Assembly (NCBI GenBank): GCA_000934665.2
Contig: JYFJ02001225.1
Span: 1-64,000, forward strand
Length of the DNA: 64,000 nucleotides
Direction: 5' to 3'
Source of the DNA: Catajapyx aquilonaris
Lineage: Eukaryota
Shown: piece by piece, positions 57,316 to 64,000 of the stretch
Layout of the letters: the number at the start of each line of letters is the position of its first letter
Position numbering within the stretch: position 1 is the first letter of the stretch
Made by a program: the position numbers and the translations under genes
The notes under the pieces: generated by a model
The model's input: the letters and a program-made list of their open reading frames with translations, nothing else
Database searches by the model: none
What the model was told of the DNA's origin: nothing

Positions 57316-59129
57316 CTGCAAAGGGAGACGGGAAGGAATGCGACACTTTAATTGTTTGTCCCACAATGTGACAGCTATGGTCAAGGCTACAATAACAAAA
57401 CAACAGGCATCTAAAATCTCAACCACGCATGGGCTTCCGAGCAGCACATGGCCTAACAATAACACGCTGACGCTCCCCTCAAAAACCCGTCTTTTATTGG
57501 CGACATTAGGTCAAGCACATGATGATTATGAATGACAATTGCTCCTACATACAACTGAAAGCTATGTTTCATTCCCAATACCGATAAAATATTTCAGAAG
57601 CGATCCTACAAAAAAACAAACCCACTTCTGCCACGACGTAAATAAACAAGAAATGGTCACCCTAAAATTATCACTTGCGATTGAAAACAGCAACAATCAT
57701 GCGTGACAGGATCAGGGTACCAATAGGTCAGATAGTGTGATGATGTTTACAGAATTTTATGTTGGGTTCGGTGCTGTAAACTTTGTCGGTCGGGTTGGTC
57801 TTGTGTTTTCTAAGGCCCCCAAAGGACAAAGATTTCAAGGTGCTCCCGTCCGGTTCATTCTTATCATTTGTCATCTTTTGACTTCTCATTACTTTAGGCA
57901 ACCATTTCTCTGCTGTGTGCCTTTACCCTTGAATAATTCTTTTTAAAAAGCAATGATATCAAACAAATAATGCTGCAGGGGGAGGTTAAGCCACTGGAAT
58001 CACCCACCCATGTCCGAAATGAAAAGGATCGAGGGGTAAAAGAAGCGTGCGAACTCGCGCCGCGCATATTCCCACAATGGAGGAATAAAAATGTCTTGAA
58101 ACCTAGTCCGGATATGAATAGATTTTTTTTTTTTTTTGTTTTCTTTTGGTCACTGAAATGTGCTCGAGTCACAAAAAACTACATATACCACGCCTGTGTG
58201 CAACGTGAGGGGGTTATGCACAAGTATTCCAACCCATGATATTCTAGCAGTCAGGTCAAACTTGCAACTGACCGCAACGACCTGATGAAACTTTTGGTTT
58301 CACATTGTAAACGTTGCTATAGCTGTCAGATACGAGGAACAAAGGCCTGCATTCTCGTGGGCTCTCTCACAAGTCACAACCGACGTGCATGTCGCGTATG
58401 TCAACCTCAGGTGAAAAATAATAATAATTTAACGCGCCGAGTTAAATACTCTCACCTCGATTGAAAACTCGCGAAATTCAAGGGCCACCAGCTGTGCCTG
58501 AATATTTAACTTCTGGCGTGCACAGTACGAACTGCATTCCTGTGTAAAGGCATAATTAGACGGACGTGAAGTGACTGCATTTTGCAAGCGGAACATAATG
58601 CAAAATGCTCGGACCCTACTCGAGAGTGTGACAGTGCCGTGCCAGATCTCGATAGGAAATGCTCAAAAACACAATGCGCTTTCATCCATGAAGAAATCCA
58701 TACAGGACGAGTCGAGAGTATGCCCGGATCTCATAACCTTGTGTAAACACCCATTCCTGTCAACATTCAAGAGCTGCTAGCCAGATGGTCCGGATGGGAA
58801 CCGAAAGGATTGGTGGGGGCCGCGGAAAAGAGATTTGGTAACAAACCGAGGGTTTTTCCCCCTCCATATTTCTCGGCATCCACTGCGGACATCCTGAAGT
58901 AGTATAGACATGCCCCCCCCCCCCCNCCCCCCAAAAAAAAAGCTTGCTGGTATACGCCACAAATCCTAGATTATACAATAGCTTTTCTACAGAAGGTGTC
59001 ATGGGAATTCGCACACGATCACTGGACGCAATCGGGGTGTGGTTTAGGTTTATTAGGAAGAAGCCAAAAGGAACTATGGCTATCTGGCTACGTGAAGGTG
59101 GTACAGATGGAGAGAGTGTCTCCTATTTC

Positions 59130-59240
59130 TAAGACCTGTCCGACTTGGGTGACCCTGCCAGTATAGACGCAGCTACCGCCGGCATAGCTCTTGGGGTCAT
59201 GGGAGAAACCGAAGCCCCACTACCACATTAGGTGGCAGTC
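59130..59240 (-). mobile_element. RTE-clade LINE 5'UTR fragment (or RTE-derived SINE body)
   Basis: The minus strand reads CACCTAATGTGGTAGTGGGGCTT...ATGACCCCAAGAGCTATGCCGGC...GCAGGGTCACCCAAGTCGGACAGGTC, the conserved 5' motif of RTE/BovB/Expander-type elements. No ORF follows. Confidence 0.7.
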
Positions 59241-61878
59241 GTGGTGTCACAATGAAAGAAATAATAACACTCATTGTTCCCATTATTTTGCTGCTAGTTC
59301 ATATGCGTTGATGGCTTTATAACAAAAGGCCACAGCGAATCCCTGCGATCCGGCTGGGGAAATACCGCAGGTATCGGATTCAGCAATCGGTGGGCGCGAT
59401 TTCGGCAGCACCCCCTCTCATTTGTCCAGATTTCACCACCAGGCCCCTGTGCAAACCTGGTAATTGAAAACCATGCGCTCTTCCCATCGCAACAATCGCC
59501 ATAATTACCTTCCCCTCTGCACCCCCAGGTGTCAGCATCTCCTGCAGGCAGGGTTTCAGGGGATTCACCCTCATATGCCGCCTACCCCCTCCCCATCCCC
59601 ACGGTGGCCTGGCAACCCACTGACGTCATGAACCTCCCCCCAAAATATCGACCCAAAATCGAGGCGCCCGTCGTCAGGATGGGGGGGCACAGACACGGGA
59701 ACGCGCCTAAGGGGACGTTGGGAGGCACAGGGGGGTGGGGGGGGGGAATATTAGGGGGGGGCCATTGCCCCTCTTGCCACTCGAAATTTAGACTGCAGCG
59801 GCTAGGTAGCATTAACCCCCCTCCCACCCACCCTGGCTCTGACCTAACAAAAAGTCAATGGCCTTTTTGGGGGGGTTTTTGCTACGGGACGCAGCGACAG
59901 AGGATGCGGATAAACCGTCCCCCAAAAATAGCGCCTAGGATTTGTCCGTTGCTGTAAATGTGCAGCGAATCTACCACAACAACGTTTAGCCATTTAGACA
60001 CTAAACTACTTATTTAAGAGGCTAGACTAGTGGGCCTACTTACTCAAATTTTCGCCAGTAGCGCTGCATGTTGACTACACTAGCGACCACTGGTGACAGT
60101 CTACGAAACTGATTGCTGGCTACTTTTTCCTTCAATCACCCCAAGAATCACCCCAACCGCCATAAATCACAAGTCCAGTCCCCCAACACCTCACCCACTA
60201 CCCTTCTTTGGACCCTCTCCTTTGCCTTCAGGGTTCCNCCTCTTTTTCAGTCGGTCTGCGGGGAAAAGGAGATTGGAAAACCGCTGTAGAATCTGACTAC
60301 TGGGAGCTTGGCAGATGTCACGGGCATTTTTGGTAGTCAACATCAGGCAGCAGCCCGTTATTGGCTCATGAGGGGGGGGTGCCAGTGGCATCAGACAAGC
60401 TGCGGTATATCACCTGCACATTGAATCAAGAGTTGATGGAAAAATAAAACACTTCCCTGGCGTTAAGGGAATTCCCTAATTGAAGTGTTCCCGCCGTCAT
60501 GCACGGTGTAACATAGCAACCCCCCCACCTACAATGCGGTCTGACTGCGACGCAGGGTTACGTCAGAACCCATAATCAAACGTCATTATCCCCGCCGCGC
60601 CGCTTGAAGTACGTGAGGGCTAATTTCCAGGCTTGCATTATGCAGGCATCACTTTCATACCGAGAGCGCGATGCCTAATTATTTATGGCCAGGAACAGAG
60701 GACCACGATGTCACGGAACATGTACATTAAAAAAAAAAGGGTGGATGGGGGGGTGCTGATCGAACCGATTGGATCGGAGGCATGTGGATTTTCCAAAGGA
60801 CCAAACGATGGGTCTAATTTTGGGCCAAGTGGGGGGGCCTTTGTGGCCCAAGGTCATGGTCACTGGTCAGATTCCGATCATGGCAAAAGGAGGGCTATCC
60901 AATCATGTGTGTCGCTCTCCGGGAAACCCTAGTTACACGCCAGCCATACATCTGGACGCGGTCCACATGCTTCCCCTGTGGTCTGTACTAATTAAATGTA
61001 CCAATACATGAGCCAAGCAGTAAGGAATCCGAACATTACCAACTTTCGTAACAAGTCGATTTGAACGGCCCCGTTCCTCTAAGTACGCCAGCAATTCAAG
61101 CTCTAGCAATCAGTTGTGTTTCAAGAATCCTATTTCGACCTGACGAATAATTTAGGCAAGATATATATGCATCGAGACCACTACTAGTTAGTGTTGTTAC
61201 GCACTGTCGCCCTTACGCCATCAATAACTAGGCTACAACATACCTGACATCACAAACAAGAAAGACAATAGCTTTGCACGTAAACAAACGGATATCACCT
61301 GTTAATACATTCAGAGGCGTCCACCGTGCCATACAAGTCGTTACTTAGCTAGTTACTTGCCTAGTAATCGCGCATAACCTTGCGATACCCTGAACCTAAA
61401 ACAGTTGTTTTCACTGCCACAATTTCATTTGCATATTCATGGGTCGGGTATGGAAACAAGTTACTATATTTCTAGCCGTCTCTCGACTGGCATTAGACAA
61501 GTTGTTATTCCCCGCGATGCAACAGTTACCTCACACGACTACATGCCTTCAGTGCAGTTAATAATCCCCCCCGCGTCCTACGAGACCTGCAAGCTAAAAG
61601 CTTCGGCGGAAAATTCGCAATTTGTTTTGTATTACTACACCAGATGTCCAACCCTGGCATAACAAAGACCCCCAATTCCCAAACCCTCATTTGCTAAACA
61701 ACAAAATGCAAATGTGATAAAATGGGTATATAAACGAGTATGAAGTATATCAGCTGTATGTTCATGATTTGTAAAGCACATTATGCCAAGAATTTGTATG
61801 GCCGAACAGCCGTAGTTGCTTTGGCTCCTTCCCAATCAAACATGGCATCATTTCGACAGAACACCCTTCAAAAATTAA

Positions 61879-62097
61879 GGGCCGAATTCAGAGAGGTTGC
61901 TTAACGTAAACGCGCCCGATTAAATCCTTTAGTCATCCTCGATTAGCAAATTTAACCAACCTGCTAATACAAAGACGGCGATTAGCGCTAAACGCCCCCT
62001 AATCGCACTTGCTAGCACTTTTAAATTTACTAATCGAGGATGACTAAAGGATTTAATCGGGCGCGTTTACGTTAAGCAACCTCTATGAATTCGGCCC
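61879..62097. mobile_element. PIF/Harbinger (Tourist)-like MITE
   Basis: About 75 bp near-perfect TIRs starting GGGCCGAATTCA, with a TAA target-site duplication at 61876-61878 and 62098-62100. Confidence 0.9.
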
Positions 62098-64000
62098 TAA
62101 TTGCTTTGTTATGCGGCTATACGTATGTTGTCCTTTTTGCAAGTCGCTGTTCAGACTTCCTAAAACAGGAAAAGGTTCCAGTTTTTCTCACCTCAAAATC
62201 GGGGCTGTGTAATGGGTGTGTCTACTTCGCCTCATTGCTTTACTTGTTAAGAAGCAACTCCTAAAGTCAACAGCTTCGCCTATATAACCCAAGCGAAAAT
62301 AAACCGCTGGAAATGGGTTCAGTTTATTAGTGTGGCCTTTTGATCAAATGCATTTTTGGCCGCCCGAAAAATTTCGGCGCGTCATTTATATAGAAGGCCC
62401 ACGTATCGTGGCTTGCCTCCCACGACAAGTGTGCCCCACAGAACTCCTTTTCGCCCGAAGGTTACGTCATCGTTGCCGGGTAACCACCGTCGAGGTAACC
62501 CAGTCACATCCGCGCACCCCACACGTGGCAACACCGCCCTGCAGGCAGCTTTTGGTATATACGAGAGGGGAAGGGTCATTGACGCATTATTGATTTATGG
62601 ACGGATAGTCGGCCGGCTCTGTGTGTGTATGTTAGGTGTGTGCGCGCACACTCGAGTACATGGTGGTGGGGGGTGGGAGGTGAGTGAAGTACCGGTTGAT
62701 GGGACACATCGCGTCGAGATATCAAGGCATCGATTCCGGACACTATCGATAGATCAAATCAGCCAAAACAATAAACTGGCTACCACCATTGCGGATACGC
62801 TCATGTAATAGCTTGGGTTATTATACAGTAACTGGCGTCCGTCCATCGTGATATCAGTTGGATATCGGCTGCGTAGGAGTGACATACCGACCAATAACAT
62901 CACCGTCTCGAGAGACTCAGACGTGCAACTTATGTATTCAGATTTTTACAAAAACAGTTCGGGATTACGTCAGCATCGATCATTACTCAAGTCACAATAA
63001 CTCTGCCGATATGAGCTAAATTATGTAACACATGGTATGCTCTATGCACATGTGCTCGATTTATTCGATAAGGTGACTAATATTACTTCAATGTCACAAA
63101 CGTACTGGCATGCACATGCATCGTGTCCTATTTACCTGAGGTGCTCCAAGTGGCATCCCTCCACATTTGGTCGCTCAGATGGAGAATCCCTTTGTCGTCC
63201 TTCTGCTCTTCCACACCCCACAGCTTCTTGGCCGAGGGGGCAATCTGAAAAACAAATCGCAGGAAATTGCGTCACATTGGTGTATACCCAACAAACAAAA
63301 AAACCACAAGTACATAATTTCTCATTTGTAGTAACGGAATCACAATGGCAGCAATTTCATTCAGCAAAGTTCCATTCCCATTCCTGTATTGGTGGGTAGG
63401 TAACAGTGCGGCTGTGGCAATAAAGCTAATCAAGTGTTCCCAATAAATCAGTGGCACCAATATCGGCTGATTTGGATCACGTGGCGACAACCTGCGGGCA
63501 CGGGCTATGCACCACCCTTGGATATGCCAATATATTGATATCGCTATTTAAACAAACTGATTATTATTAATTTAGGCGCAGTAAATGCAGGGTGCTGCAT
63601 TCTTTTCGGCGCAGTGACTCTTGATGCAAGTTGGAATACGCAATTTATCGCACACGTACCGGCGGCTTACATAAACGCACTTCCTGCTGGCACCGTGCAT
63701 AACCTCACATGCTTCCTTTTACATTTCACATGCCGAATCGCGCGCATGAAGAAATCTTCCCAGGTTGCCTGAGGTAACCTCCGACCCGACACGAAAATGG
63801 GGTTTATTCAGAACTTGCGAATTCACCTTCCGGGATTATTTCTCAAACATTACCCGATGATCGTATTCACGATTTATAACTTCTAATTTATCATTAGCCA
63901 GAAAGTGCAAAAAGTGTGTAGTACATCATAATACTGTGTTAAATTCTTCGATTCCATTTTTTTTTTTTGTGAGATTGCGTGACCTCGAATAAAATTATGT

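Noticed and set aside
42100..64000. Many 60-185 aa ORFs in the ORF track within pumilio introns, such as 43453-43941, 47235-47792, 54028-54519 and 59529-59957
   Set aside because: No recognisable domains, low-complexity or homopolymer-driven, and consistent with chance ORFs.

Overview
Eukaryotic genomic DNA from an invertebrate, most likely an arthropod, judged from protein similarity and SINE/MITE types. It holds six spliced protein-coding loci: hippo/STK3-4 (+, first exon not located), a degenerate glycerol-kinase paralog (-), a C2H2 zinc-finger gene (-), a canonical glycerol kinase (+), SMC5 (-), and the 3' 25-30 kb of pumilio (-, 5' end not found, ~4 kb 3'UTR). The most interesting signals are as follows. 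(1) Pumilio introns carry four copies of one box C/D snoRNA-like unit, three intact and one decayed, with no convincing target. (2) Tandem 3' splice sites 12 nt apart in the last pumilio exon would switch the R7-R8 Nanos-binding loop between a Drosophila-like and a vertebrate-like form. (3) An internal NF-Y/NRF1-type promoter and an in-frame Trp/Gly-rich exon lie inside a 10 kb pumilio intron. (4) The glycerol-kinase duplicate is intact but has lost its ATP-binding loops (pseudokinase). (5) The pumilio 3'UTR contains Pumilio response elements. Several MITEs, tRNA-derived SINE heads and an RTE 5' fragment are also present. All exon boundaries were read by eye and may be off by a few bases, and no database searches were run.
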